Assembly (NCBI GenBank): GCA_002269645.1
Contig: NIVC01001733.1
Location: 62,001-126,000 of the forward strand
Length of the DNA stretch: 64,000 nt
From: Macrostomum lignano
Lineage: Eukaryota
Reading direction: 5' to 3'
In this document: in pieces, positions 12,205-25,200 of the stretch
How the letters are laid out: each line of letters opens with the position of its first letter
How positions within the stretch are numbered: position 1 is the first letter of the stretch
The notes under the pieces: model-generated
Database searches by the model: none
The model's input: only the letters and a program-made list of their open reading frames with translations
Told to the model about the DNA's origin: nothing
Translations under genes and position numbers: made by a program

Positions 12205-14200
12205 ACCCCCTCCCCCCACCCTTGGATTCCCCTACCCTCCCCCATTCTTGGATTCCCCTACCCTCCCCCATCCTTGGATTCCCCTACCCTCCCCCATTCT
12301 TGGATTCCCCTACCCTCCCTATTCTTGAATTCCCCTACCCTCCCCCATTCTTGGATTCCCCTACCCTCCCTATTCTTGAATTCCCCTACCCTCCCCTATT
12401 CTTGGATTCCCCTACCCTCCCTATTCTTGGATTCCCCTACCCTCCCCCATTATTGGATTCCCCTACCCTCCCCCCACCCTTGGATTCCCCTACCCTCCCC
12501 CATTCTTGGATTCCCTACCCTCCCCCATTCTTAAATTCCCCTACCCTCCCCCATTCTTGGATTCCCTACCCTCCCCCATTCTTGGATTCCCCTACCCTCC
12601 CCCCACCCTTGGATTCCCCTACCCTCCCCCATTCTTGGATTCCCTACCCTCCCCCATTCTTGGATTCCCCTACCCTCCCCACCCTTGGATTCCCCTACCC
12701 TCCCCCATTCTTGGATTCCCCTACCCTCCCCCATCCTTGGATTCCCCTACCCTCCCCCATTCTTGGATTCCCCTACCCTCCCTATTCTTGAATTCCCCTA
12801 CCCTCCCCCATTCTTGGATTCCCCTACCCTCCCTATTCTTGAATTCCCCTACCCTCCCCTATTCTTGGATTCCCCTACCCTCCCCATCCTTGGATTCCCC
12901 TACCCTCCCCCATTCTTGGATTCCCCTACCCTCCCCCCACCCTTGGATTCCCCTACCCTCCCCCATTCTTGGATTCCCTACCCTCCCCCATTCTTGGATT
13001 CCCCTACCCTCCCCCATTCTTGGATTCCCCTACCCTCCCCATCCTTGGATTCCCCTACCCTCCCCATTCTTGGATTCCTCTACCTTCCCCTATTCTTGAA
13101 TTCCCCTACCCTCCCCCATTCTTGGATTCCCCTACCCTCCCCCCACCCTTGGATTCCCCTACCCTCCCCATTCTTGGATTCCCTACCCTCCCCCATTCTT
13201 GGATTCCCCTACCCTCCCCCCACCCTTGGATTCCCCTACCCTCCCCATTCTTGGATTCCCTACCCTCCCCCATTCTTGGATTCCCCTACCCTCCCTATTC
13301 TTGAATTCCCCTACCCTCCCCTATTCTTGGATTCCCCTACCCTCCCCATCCTTGGATTCCCCTACCCTCCCCCATTCTTGGATTCCCCTACCCTCCCCCC
13401 ACCCTTGGATTCCCCTACCCTCCCCCATTCTTGGATTCCCTACCCTCCCCCATTCTTGGATTCCCCTACCCTCCCCCCACCCTTGGATTCCCCTACCCTC
13501 CCCCATTCTTGGATTCCCTACCCTCCCCCATTCTTGGATTCCCCTACCCTCCCCCCACCCTTGGATTCCCCTACCCTCCCCCATTCTTGGATTCCCCTAC
13601 CCTCCCCATTCTTGGATTCCCCTACCCTCCCCCATTCTTGGATTCCCCTACCCTCCCCATCCTTGGATTCCCCTACCCTCCCCATTCTTGGATTCCTCTA
13701 CCTTCCCCTATTCTTGAATTCCCCTACCCTCCCTATTCTTGGATTCCCCTACCCTCCCCCATTATTGGATTCCCCTACCCTCCCCCATTCTTGGATTCCC
13801 CTACCCTCCCCCACCCTTGGATTCCCTACCCTCCCCCATTCTTGGATTCCCCTACCCTCCCCCATTCTTGGATTCCCCTACCCTCCCCATTCTTGGATTC
13901 CCCTGCCCTCCCCCCACCCTTAGATTCCCCTACCCTCCCCCATTCTTGGATTCCCCTACCCTCCCCCATTCTTGGATTCCCCTACCCTCCCCTATTCTTA
14001 GATTCCCCTACCCTCCCCCATTCTTGGATTCCCCTACCCTCCCCCATCCTTGAATTCCCCTACCCTCCCCCATTCTTGGATTCCCCAACCCTCCCCTATT
14101 CTTGGATTCCCCTACCCTCCCCATCCTTAGATTCCCCTACCCTCCTCCATCCTTCAAATATTCCCCTACTCTCCCCTATTCTTGGATTCCCATACCCTCT
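12205..14200. repeat. 25-26-bp C-rich minisatellite (TTCTTGGATTCCCCTACCCTCCCCCA), about 75 copies
   Basis: Direct reading; explains all Pro-rich pseudo-ORFs between 12118 and 14261. Confidence 0.97.
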
Positions 14201-14806
14201 TCATTCTTGGATTAAGTCCCCTTTGATAAGAATTTTAGCTATATGCCTGATATTCATATAGGCCTATATTTACATTTTAACTAACTTGAAAGTATAGATA
14301 GTTTTCAATAGTATAAATGCAAAGAGCAAAGTTTTTGTTACCTAATTGACAGTTGGAACGATTATTAGATCATCGTAGTTAGTATATTAGATTAGAATAA
14401 ATTAATAATAATAATTTGGGGGCCATAAGCATAAGCATAAAAATAAAATATTAATAAATGATAGAATCAATATTAGTAGCTAATATCAATAATAATTAAA
14501 TATTATTATTCTTCCTTTGTAGCCCTTTTTATATAACAAAATAAGAAAATAATATTAGGATAATCTTGCTGCTTAGTAAAAAAGATGCAAAACTAAAAAG
14601 CCAAGATTTGATTTATTTAATTAAACTTCAGCTAGCAACTTCACTACCTTTAGTTACTGTCTACCATTTATAACTGCTGTTAGTGTTAGCTTAGCCAATT
14701 ACTACTTACTATGCACTATTAGTATCATACTGGTTTAATCTATCTAATAAAAATTAGTCAATGCTATATAATGCTATAGTCAATATAGCTATTGCGCATT
14801 AGAGAT

Positions 14807-15333
14807 GGTTTCCTAGAAAACGGAAATCCACCGTATTTTGTAACACGGTAACATGTTACGGCTCGATAAGCATCGGGAGTTTTTCATGTTATATTCCCGA
14901 TGTTTTTGGAAAACAGGCCTGAGACGAAGTGACCAGAAGCAAAGTAGCTTGAAAAATAATATGACGAAGTGACCAAATATTTAATTATGCTGGATACTTC
15001 GTCATCAACCAATCAATCTGTGTGTGATTCGAGTTAGGGGCCTAGTGTAAACTATTTTTTGTTTAATAACTAAAAGCTGTGGCAAGCAGAACCGATCGAT
15101 CGACAGGTTTTATCAATCGAGAAGACAAAATGACTGGGATCATTAGGATTCCAAGTAAATATGTTTGATTGCCACATTAATTCACTTGAAGTTGGAACTA
15201 ATAAAATTGGTGGATGACGAAATGACTCTCTTCAGGAAGTGCATGTTAATTAAGATGACGAAGTGACCATAGTCGAGGTGAGCACCCCAGACACCCAGAT
15301 GACGAAAAGGCAGATGACGAAATGACTAGGAAC
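14807..15333. mobile_element. Putative MITE with short TIRs (GGTTTCCTAG/CTAGGAACC) and repeated GACGAA(G/A)TGAC subterminal motifs
   Basis: Terminal inverted match plus at least five GACGAARTGAC copies; a CpG-containing island within CpG-poor flanks. No clear TSD. Confidence 0.45.
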
Positions 15334-17899
15334 CATATTGAATTCCGGTTTAGAATTAAAAAATAACCAAAAGGCTTTTCATATTACCGATTCCAGAATC
15401 AGAATCGGTTCGGATCTTACAAGAAAAACAGCAGTATAACTATTTAATTCTGTTGAATGTTTGACTGCCTGAACAACCTCACTTAGCACAATTTTTCACT
15501 TTCTTCTTGGCGATTGTCATTCAATAATAAAAACTTAATAGCAAGTATCTCCCTCTAGTTATAGAGACAAAAAGTTATACTTCAAATTGGTTCTGGTTCT
15601 GGAACCAGAACAAGCAATATGAAAAGGCCCCAAGAGCTGTCTTCATTACTTGAGTAAACTAATGTTGAAGACATTGTTGGTTTTGTTCCAATTATACAGT
15701 AAAGTCAGAAATTAATTGGTCTATCTTTGTAAAATTTAGGCTTGGTGTTGCTTAGCCTAGGTCTATGCTTTAATTTAAGGCCAAATTTTCTAAGGCCTAT
15801 AGGTGTATAGGCCTATTTAAAGTGAAATGTGAAATGAGCAGTGCCTATTTCACAATATATTTCATCCATTCATGTAGCTAGTAGTAGGCCTAGCCTACTT
15901 GCTGCTTAAGTAACTTAATTCTTAATTAATACAGTAGAGGTAGGCCTAGGCTACCAACATCTCTGCAATAGGCTACCCTTTACTTTATATTGCTAAGCCT
16001 CTAACCTATAAATATCTAGATATTTTATATTTATAATCCCTAAGTTATAGGAATTAAAATATTAGGGCCTATTAGTATTAATTCCCTAATTTTACATAGG
16101 CCTATTCAAAGAACTTTCATTTAGGCCTAATCCTCTTGTTTCTAAAAATAGGCCTAGGCCTATTCATTTCTTAAATATAAGATATGCAGCATATATGCAT
16201 TTGCCTTCTTTAAATGACTCAAACCTATTTATATTTGAATATATTCATTGACAACATATGGGATTAACAAATTGAAGCCAGTCAAAGTCAAATTACCAAT
16301 AAATATAGTTTTTTTAGCAGTTTTTTTGTTTTTTTGTCATTTTAGATACCTTTTATAACTGTCTAAAGTCTAGGCTAAGAAATATTTTAACAACCTTAAC
16401 TTAAAAAATTCTATTTAATTTAGAATATTAGGCCTAGGCTATATAGTATACCATAGGCATAGGCTAATTTAAATTTAATAATAATACTAATAGGCCTATT
16501 ACTAATAAATAGATCGGCCTAGTAGTAATAGATTAGAAGTCTTGAAATCTCAAAATTCTATAAAAATATTAATATTACATTATTTCTATTATGTTATTAT
16601 TTTATATTTTATAATTATATAAATGAATATAGATTTGTATATTTAAATTAGGCCTATAAAATACTTTAACTAAGTAGGCTTGTCCTTAATAAAAAAGTAT
16701 ATTTTTAACACTTTTATATTATAAGTATATCTGTATAAGTATATTTTTTTATTAAGGACAAGCCTACTTTTTTGAAAAATTAAAAAATTTAAAGTTGATA
16801 TCATATTATAATATAGCCTAATGTAAGCCTAGTCAAAAATTTTCTTTAAGGAGAGAGGATAGCCTATCTCTAAAAAGGGAAAAAGAAATGTATTAGAAAA
16901 ACAGATTACAATTTGAAGTTCAAAATTTTTTTTGGCTATTAAGGTAATAAATCCCCTTTATCCCTCTGCCCTATGTCATTGTACCTTATAAAACAAAAAC
17001 CAGTATTGGCTTAATATAGTCGCTGGAACTGTAGTCTTTTCTAAGTTCTTTAAAAATTCAATCTATCTATAAAAGAGGCCTTTTAAATAAAAAAAATTAA
17101 ATATTACACATGTATAATACCCAGCCAAGTTGGCCAATCTAGCTAGCTTGTAAAGGGCCTAACTGTTGTATCATGTAACTTGACAGACCAATTTATTGAT
17201 AGATAATATTGTTATGCTAATATTTCTACTATAACACAAATGCTAACTATATTATTTATTGTCTTTTATTTATACTGCCACTTTAAGTAGAGTAGTTGAT
17301 AAATTATCTATATAATGTATTATTAATCACATGAAATTTCTGGGTCTCTAATTTATCAATTGTGCAGTTTTTTTAATGCAGATAGTTTTTAATATCATTT
17401 TTCTTAAATAACAAAATATAAATAAAGCAACTGTGTGCACCTAGCACTTTACCTTTTCAACTACAACTGGAACTGCAAGTCTTGGCTACACAACACCAAC
17501 CGAAGTAAATTGCAAAAATGGTCACCTAAAAATAGATTTGAGTGCTAATTAGATAATAAGGCATTTAGCTTAATAATGCAATGAAAGTTATTCCTGCCAT
17601 TTATCATATAAAATTCTATTCATTTTTTGCTTAGGTTTTTTATTACTAAGTTTCATTTTTGATCAAAAATTTGACTCATATGTTGTATAGTTTGTGTAAA
17701 TCAAGGGGGTTGTGCATGTATGTTAAATATATTGTAGGCTATAGGCTATATACTTATATGTTTACCATTATAAAAGGCATAAATATAGGGCATTTTTATC
17801 AAGTTTGTTTTTATGTTTTAAAGTTTCTATTAGGCCCTATATTATAGCTTATGCTTTAATCTCTAGTCATTTTAGAAACTAATAAGGCCTATTTTAATC

Positions 17900-18115
17900 T
17901 ATATACTAATTTTGTGCTGTTTGTCTATTGGTCAGTCAGTTAGTCTATCTGTCATTGATTTTTCAAGAACCATCTAGCCAATATTTTCAAATTAGCTTTA
18001 TAAAATTCCTATTTTTCGGGGATCATGGATAACTTTTTTGATGATAAATTTGAATGGCAAAGTGGGCAAATATTTGAAAAAAAAGTTTTTTAATACTTCC
18101 AATAGGTGCTCTGTT
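17900..18115 (+). mobile_element. Interspersed repeat (DINE/HINE-like body), CpG-decayed copy
   Basis: Homologous to 10860-11050, with CG changed to CA/TG and some TG changed to TA. Confidence 0.55.
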
Positions 18116-19356
18116 TCTATATTTAATTGTTCAGTTCAACCATTTAGGCCTCTCCTTGGCCAATGTACAGTGTAGGATGTACATTCACATTAAAGCTAAA
18201 TGAGTTTATTGACCCTTCTTGCTGCAGGCTAGCAATTTGTAAGATTGGTTTAATTTTATTATTGTTTAACCAACTAGTCTGATAGACAATTAAAGGAAGA
18301 GTTGGTGTATGAGTGGGGTGGGGAGGGTTAAAAAGCTGGCCTAAAATTTATCAACCTCCTAAACTGTTCTGATCTTGTTTTATTTTATGAATTCAATACT
18401 AGGTGGCACAATTGCAGATGGGGGCAGTAGCTAATGGGCCCAATTAATTAAGATTCATTTGGCAAATTGGTATATAAAATAATTAAAATTTATACTAAAT
18501 GGAAATGGATTGAATATAAAAAAACAGTTTTTAATGCTTAAAAAAACTACCATTGGAGGCTTAGTGTCGTAGTATGCTTATATAAACTTAACAACATCAA
18601 AAAGTTGCCATCACAGAAGAAGTTGCCATCTACTTTTGAGAATGTAGGTAAGGTCTTTCCATCTTTGTGAGTGACAAAACTTGCTATGCCACAATAGGCT
18701 TGAGTTGAGGAATGAAGTGGGGGTGCAGTGTGTGCAAGGTTTTTGTTAGATGGATTAAAGGTGCCCAATCAGTTTTCTCATATCTTTTATTTCAGAATAG
18801 TCCAAGAAAATTGCTCACTGGCGCATAGAGTGATGGTTTTAATGTTGCTAAGTATATATTTTTGACCTTTTTATGGGTCAATAAAATTTCAAACAATGAA
18901 AAATTTGATTTGAAAGTGGGTCAAATATTCAAAAAACATTTTTCATGCTTTCAATGTTTGAATTTCGAATTTGAATGCTTCCATGGGGGCTTAATATGCA
19001 AGTAAAGACTAATTTGTCATCCAAAGCAAATATTTATCTATAAAAGTATACATATATTTAAATTTATGGATATAAAACAATTAATTGTCTTTTTCTATTT
19101 TCTCTAGACATATATTTTGTATATTGTGGCCCCCAATTAGACTATATGTTGTGCTTATGACTTATGTTTAGTATTTAGAATATCTAGAACCCTTTTGCAA
19201 CTAGTTGAACAATCAATAATTCAGACCTCTGTGCATATAATGTACATGAAAAGGTCCAGTTTTATTATTTCTAAATATAATGTAGCTCTTGCCTTGGTTG
19301 AACTATTTTCTAACTGTTAAAGATTTTACTTTTCACCTGTTGTTAATTTTAGCTTC

Positions 19357-21853
19357 TTCAAATGTTAAGTCATTCTTGATTAGTTGTGCTACTAAACAAT
19401 TGGGCAAGCTTCAAATGTTAAGTCATTCTTGATTAGTTGTGCTACTAAACAATTGGACAAGCTTCTAATGTTGAGTCATTCTTGATTAGTTGTGCTACTA
19501 AACAATTGGGCAAGCTTTAAATGTTAAGTCATTCTTGATTAGTTGTGCTACTAAACAATTGGGCAAGCTTCAAATGTTAAGTCATTCTTGATTAGTTGTG
19601 CTACTAAACAATTGGACAAGCTTCTAATGTTGAGTCATTCTTGATTAGTTGTGCTACTAAACAATTGGGCAAGCTTCTAATGTTGAGTCATTCTTGATTA
19701 GTTGTGCTACTAAACAATTGGGCAAGCTTCTAATGTTGAGTCATTCTTGATTAGTTGTGCTACTAAACAATTGGGCAAGCTTCAAATGTTAAGTCATTCT
19801 TGATTAGTTGTGCTACTAAACAATTGGGCAAGCTTCAAATGTTAAGTCATTCTTGATTAGTTGTGCTACTAAACAATTGGGCAAGCTTCAAATGTTAAGT
19901 CATTCTTGATTAGTTGTGCTACTAAACAATTGGACAAGCTTCTAATGTTGAGTCATTCTTGATTAGTTGTGCTACTAAACAATTGGGCAAGCTTCTAATG
20001 TTGAGTCATTCTTGATTAGTTGTGCTACTAAACAATTGGGCAAGCTTCTAATGTTGAGTCATTCTTGATTAGTTGTGCTACTAAACAATTGGGCAAGCTT
20101 CTAATGTTGAGTCATTCTTGATTAGTTGTGCTACTAAACAATTGGGCAAGCAGCAAGCTTCTAATGTTGAGTCATTCTTGATTAGTTGTGCTACTAAACA
20201 ATTGGACAAGCTTCTAATGTTGAGTCATTCTTGATTAGTTGTGCTACTAAACAATTGGACAAGCTTCTAATGTTGAGTCATTCTTGATTAGTTGTGCTAC
20301 TAAACAATTGGGCAAGCTTCTAATGTTGAGTCATTCTTGATTAGTTGTGCTACTAAACAATTGGGCAAGCTTCTAATGTTGAGTCATTCTTGATTAGTTG
20401 TGCTACTAAACAATTGGGCAAGCTTCTAATGTTGAGTCATTCTTGATTAGTTGTGCTACTAAACAATTGGACAAGCTTCTAATGTTGAGTCATTCTTGAT
20501 TAGTTGTGCTACTAAACAATTGGACAAGCTTCTAATGTTGAGTCATTCTTGATTAGTTGTGCTACTAAACAATTGGACAAGCTTCTAATGTTGAGTCATT
20601 CTTGATTAGTTGTGCTACTAAACAATTGGACAAGCTTCTAATGTTGAGTCATTCTTGATTAGTTGTGCTACTAAACAATTGGACAAGCTTCTAATGTTGA
20701 GTCATTCTTGATTAGTTGTGCTACTAAACAATTGGACAAGCTTCTAATGTGGAGTCATTCTTGATTAGTTGTGCTACTAAACAATTGGGCAAGCTTCTAA
20801 TGTTGAGTCATTCTTGATTAGTTGTGCTACTAAACAATTGGGCAAGCTTCTAATGTTGAGTCATTCTTGATTAGTTGTGCTACTAAACAATTGGACAAGC
20901 TTCTAATGTTGAGTCATTCTTGATTAGTTGTGCTACTAAACAATTGGACAAGCTTCTAATGTTGAGTCATTCTTGATTAGTTGTGCTACTAAACAATTGG
21001 GCAAGCTTCTAATGTTGAGTCATTCTTGATTAGTTGTGCTACTAAACAATTGGGCAAGCTTCTAATGTTGAGTCATTCTTGATTAGTTGTGCTACTAAAC
21101 AATTGGGCAAGCTTCTAATGTTGAGTCATTCTTGATTAGTTGTGCTACTAAACAATTGGACAAGCTTCTAATGTTGAGTCATTCTTGATTAGTTGTGCTA
21201 CTAAACAATTGGACAAGCTTCTAATGTTGAGTCATTCTTGATTAGTTGTGCTACTAAACAATTGGACAAGCTTCTAATGTTGAGTCATTCTTGATTAGTT
21301 GTGCTACTAAACAATTGGACAAGCTTCTAATGTTGAGTCATTCTTGATTAGTTGTGCTACTAAACAATTGGACAAGCTTCTAATGTTGAGTCATTCTTGA
21401 TTAGTTGTGCTACTAAACAATTGGACAAGCTTCTAATGTGGAGTCATTCTTGATTAGTTGTGCTACTAAACAATTGGGCAAGCTTCTAATGTTGAGTCAT
21501 TCTTGATTAGTTGTGCTACTAAACAATTGGGCAAGCTTCTAATGTTGAGTCATTCTTGATTAGTTGTGCTACTAAACAATTGGACAAGCTTCTAATGTTG
21601 AGTCATTCTTGATTAGTTGTGCTACTAAACAATTGGACAAGCTTCTAATGTTGAGTCATTCTTGATTAGTTGTGCTACTAAACAATTGGACAAGCTTCTA
21701 ATGTTGAGTCATTCTTGATTAGTTGTGCTACTAAACAATTGGGCAAGCTTCTAATGTTGAGTCATTCTTGATTAGTTGTGCTACTAAACAATTGGGCAAG
21801 CTTCTAATGTTGAGTCATTCTTGATTAGTTGTGCTACTAAACAATTGGACAAG
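19357..21853. repeat. 53-bp AT-rich satellite (AAGCTTCTAATGTTGAGTCATTCTTGATTAGTTGTGCTACTAAACAATTGGAC), about 47 copies
   Basis: Direct reading; period measured as 53 (20161 to 20214); one HindIII site per unit. Confidence 0.98.
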
Positions 21854-22264
21854 TCCAAATAACAATAATTTGTTTTTTGTCTTTTTATATCAAACAGACA
21901 TTATACTGTTCATATAATATATACAGTAAATTTCTACTCTTGGGCTGCAAGAACTTTCTTGTTTCTATGGGGAAAACAAAGCATAATAATATTAATAATA
22001 GTTAGTCAAAAGCCTTGTCCTTTAAAAATTCTTAAAATAAAATTTTGTTTTCCAAGGAGACTTAATTCTATGGTATGTTGAAAAATATCTTAGTAAACCA
22101 AGATATTGCCACACCTAACTGCTTTTAAATCTATTATTTTCAGGCAAATTGTTAATTTGTATTCTCAGTCTGCTTAGCCCAGCGGCTGGTTCAAAACAGA
22201 AAATTATCAACCTAGAAAACATACCTACTGCCTACTAATAGTAGCACGCGCGGTTACAGCAGTC

Positions 22265-25200
22265 ATGACGGCTATTCGGCGCAACATTAAGAATGTGGTG
22301 CACAATTACTCCGACGCCAAAGTGAAGGTTCGTGAGGCCACCTCCAATGATCCGTGGGGTCCGTCCAGCACGCTGATGGCGGAGATCGCCGAGATGACCT
22401 ACAATGTCATGGCCTACACGGAGATCATGTCGCTGATCTGGAAGCGCCTGAACGATAAGAACAAGAACTGGCGGCACGTGTACAAGGCCCTGGTGCTGCT
22501 GGACTACCTGGTGAAGACAGGCAGCGAGAAGGTGGCCCAGCAGTGCAAGGAGAATCTCTTTGTAATCCAATCGCTGAGGGATTTCCAGTTCACCGAGGAG
22601 GCCAAGGACTACGGACAGAATGTTCGCGAGAAGGCCAAGCAGCTGGTGGCGCTGCTCAAAGACGATGAGAAGCTGCGGACTGAGCGGGCCAGCGCTCTGC
22701 GCACCGCGAGCGCCTTCACGCCAGCGGCATGATCGGCGGCGGCCGGCCCACAGTGTCGTCTGGCGCGACTGCCTACCGGAGGGCCAGCGCCGAGTACGCA
22801 TCCGACCGGACCGGCAACGGTGGCCGAGGAGCTCCTGGTGAGCGCTTCCTGCATTTGAAGGGGTTAACCTGACTGTTTTAGGGCAATCTTTTTGGAAGAT
22901 TTCCAGCGAATATCTTCTGGTGATTCTTCAACCCTAATCCTGGGGATTCCCTACTCTAATCCTGGGGATTCCCTAGTCTAATTGTAGGGATTCCCTACTC
23001 TAATCCTTGGGATTCCCCACTCTAATCCTGGGGATTCCCTAGTCTAATCCTGAGGATTAACTGCTCTAATCCCGAGGATTACTGCTCTCCTTGAGATTCC
23101 TATCTTGAATCTTAAAAAATTCTCTTCTCTAACCCTTCTAGGCCTTTATCTAAAATCTTAGAGAATTCCTATCGAGAATCAACATTTATTCTTCCCTGTT
23201 TCAATCCGTGCTCAGGCGGCGGCGGCGGCGGCGGTGGCGGCGGAGGGGAGGAGGACGTTGAGCTGGAGCTAGCGCTGGCCATCTCCAAGGAGGAGCACGC
23301 CGAAGAGCTGAAACGGCGCGAGGCCGAAGGTCTCAAAGATGACCTGAAGTTGAAGATGGCTCTCGAGGCTAGCAAGAAAGAAGTAGAGGTCCGTATAAGC
23401 CTTCTTTATTAATAAAAAAACAGTTTTAACGTTATCAAAGCGTATCAATTATTAGCTTTTTCGTCTTTTTCATTTCCAGGATCGTAAAAAATCCGTTTCT
23501 GTAAGTCGCCAGAAGGTGAGACGGCTTGAATAGCGGTTGCCGTCAAGCCTGACAAAATTGCTAATCTTTAGCTTATCGGCTAATCTGCTAGCAGTGCAGT
23601 GTGTGGTTAATCTAGTGCTTAAAGTACAGACAGAAGTATCAAAAGTACACACAATAAGCATATCGATCCATTAAAAAATTTCTAGTCGGGCGGCCTGGTC
23701 GACCTCATCGACACATCGCTGTCAGCCGCCCCGTCCAACGGTCCGGACCCCTGGGGCGCGCCGGCGGCCCCCTTGGCAGCCTCGGCCTGGTCCGATCCCT
23801 GGTCTGCGCCTCACGCGTCCGCGAGCAGCGCTGCACCCGGTTTGTCCCGCTGGATTTTTTTGCCCCTTTCTGGTTTGCTGAATGATCCACCTTCCAAATC
23901 TCCCATCCCAGATCCCCATGTTGTAGAATCTCCCATCCCAGATCCCCATGTTGTAGAATCTCCCATCCCAGATCCCCATGTTGTAGAATCTCAAATCCCA
24001 GATCCCCATGTTGTAGAATCTCCTATCCCAGATCCCCATGTTTTAGAAAGTCCCATCCCCAGATCCCCATGCTAGAAAATTCATATCCCAGATCCTCATG
24101 TTGTGGAGACTCCCATCCCTGATCCCCATCTTGTGGAGACTCCCATCCCAGATCCCCATGTTGTGGAGACTCCCATCCAAGATCCCCATGTTGTGGAATC
24201 TCCCATCCCAGATCTCCGTGTTGTGGAGACTCCCATCCAAGATCCCCATGTTGTGGAATCTCCCATCCCAGATCTCCGTGTTGTGGAGACTCCCATCCAA
24301 GATCCCCATGTTGTGGAATCTCCCATCTCAGATCCCCGTGTTGTGGAGACTCCCATCCAAGATCCCCATGCTAGGAAATTCCTATCCCAGATCCCCATGC
24401 TGGGAAAATCCCATCCCATTCAGATCCCCATTTTGTGGAAACTCCCATCCCCAGATCCCTATGCTGGGAAAATCCCATGCTAGGAAATTCCTATCCTAGA
24501 TCCCCATGTGGACACTCCCATCCCAGATCCCAATGCCAGCAAATTAACATCCCAGATCCCCATGTTTGAAAAAGTCCCAGTAATGCACTCATCAAATCCC
24601 CAACCTCCCCACCACCGCAGTGTCGAACCCGACCGCCTCGGATCCGTGGGCTTTCAGCGCCACGCCGTCGCAACCGCAGGCAGGCGGCGGCACTTTTGAT
24701 TACGCTTTCGGATCGCCAGGTAAGAAAGAACCCAAATAGATAAATATTGTATAAGTTTCGATACATATCGGTAGGGTACATTAAGCTTGCCAATTGCCTG
24801 TGGCGGAAATCTCCAGACGAATTCTCCAAGTCTGCCACCAGCGACCCCTGGTCGGCCTCTTCAGCCGCTGCCGCGCCTGCCGGGTTTCCCGCTGCCGGCA
24901 GCGCCGCGGACTCCCAGCAACCGCCTCGCGCGAAGTCCGCGCACAGCTTCCTTGGCGACCATGGCAACCTGGTGAATCTGGACAGCTTGGTTGCGCAGCC
25001 TAAGGGTGAGTGCGATCCAATTCACCCACATTCTCGGTGGGGTCACTATCACACTTCAGGGTTCACTGTTCCCGTTCACCCATTCTGGATGACCCCATGA
25101 CCACATTCGCTAGGTTACATGAACTCATTCACCCTCATTCTCTGCGGGGTAGCCCAATGGCTCATGACCTCATTCAGCCACTTTCTCTGCGGGGTAGCCC

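Noticed and set aside
12118-14261. Long Pro-rich, extensin-like ORFs
   Set aside because: They arise in all frames from a 25-26-bp minisatellite lacking stops; no codon structure.
19357-21853. CRISPR-like array (also considered for 58745-60115)
   Set aside because: Units are head-to-tail with no unique spacers; no cas genes; eukaryotic context.
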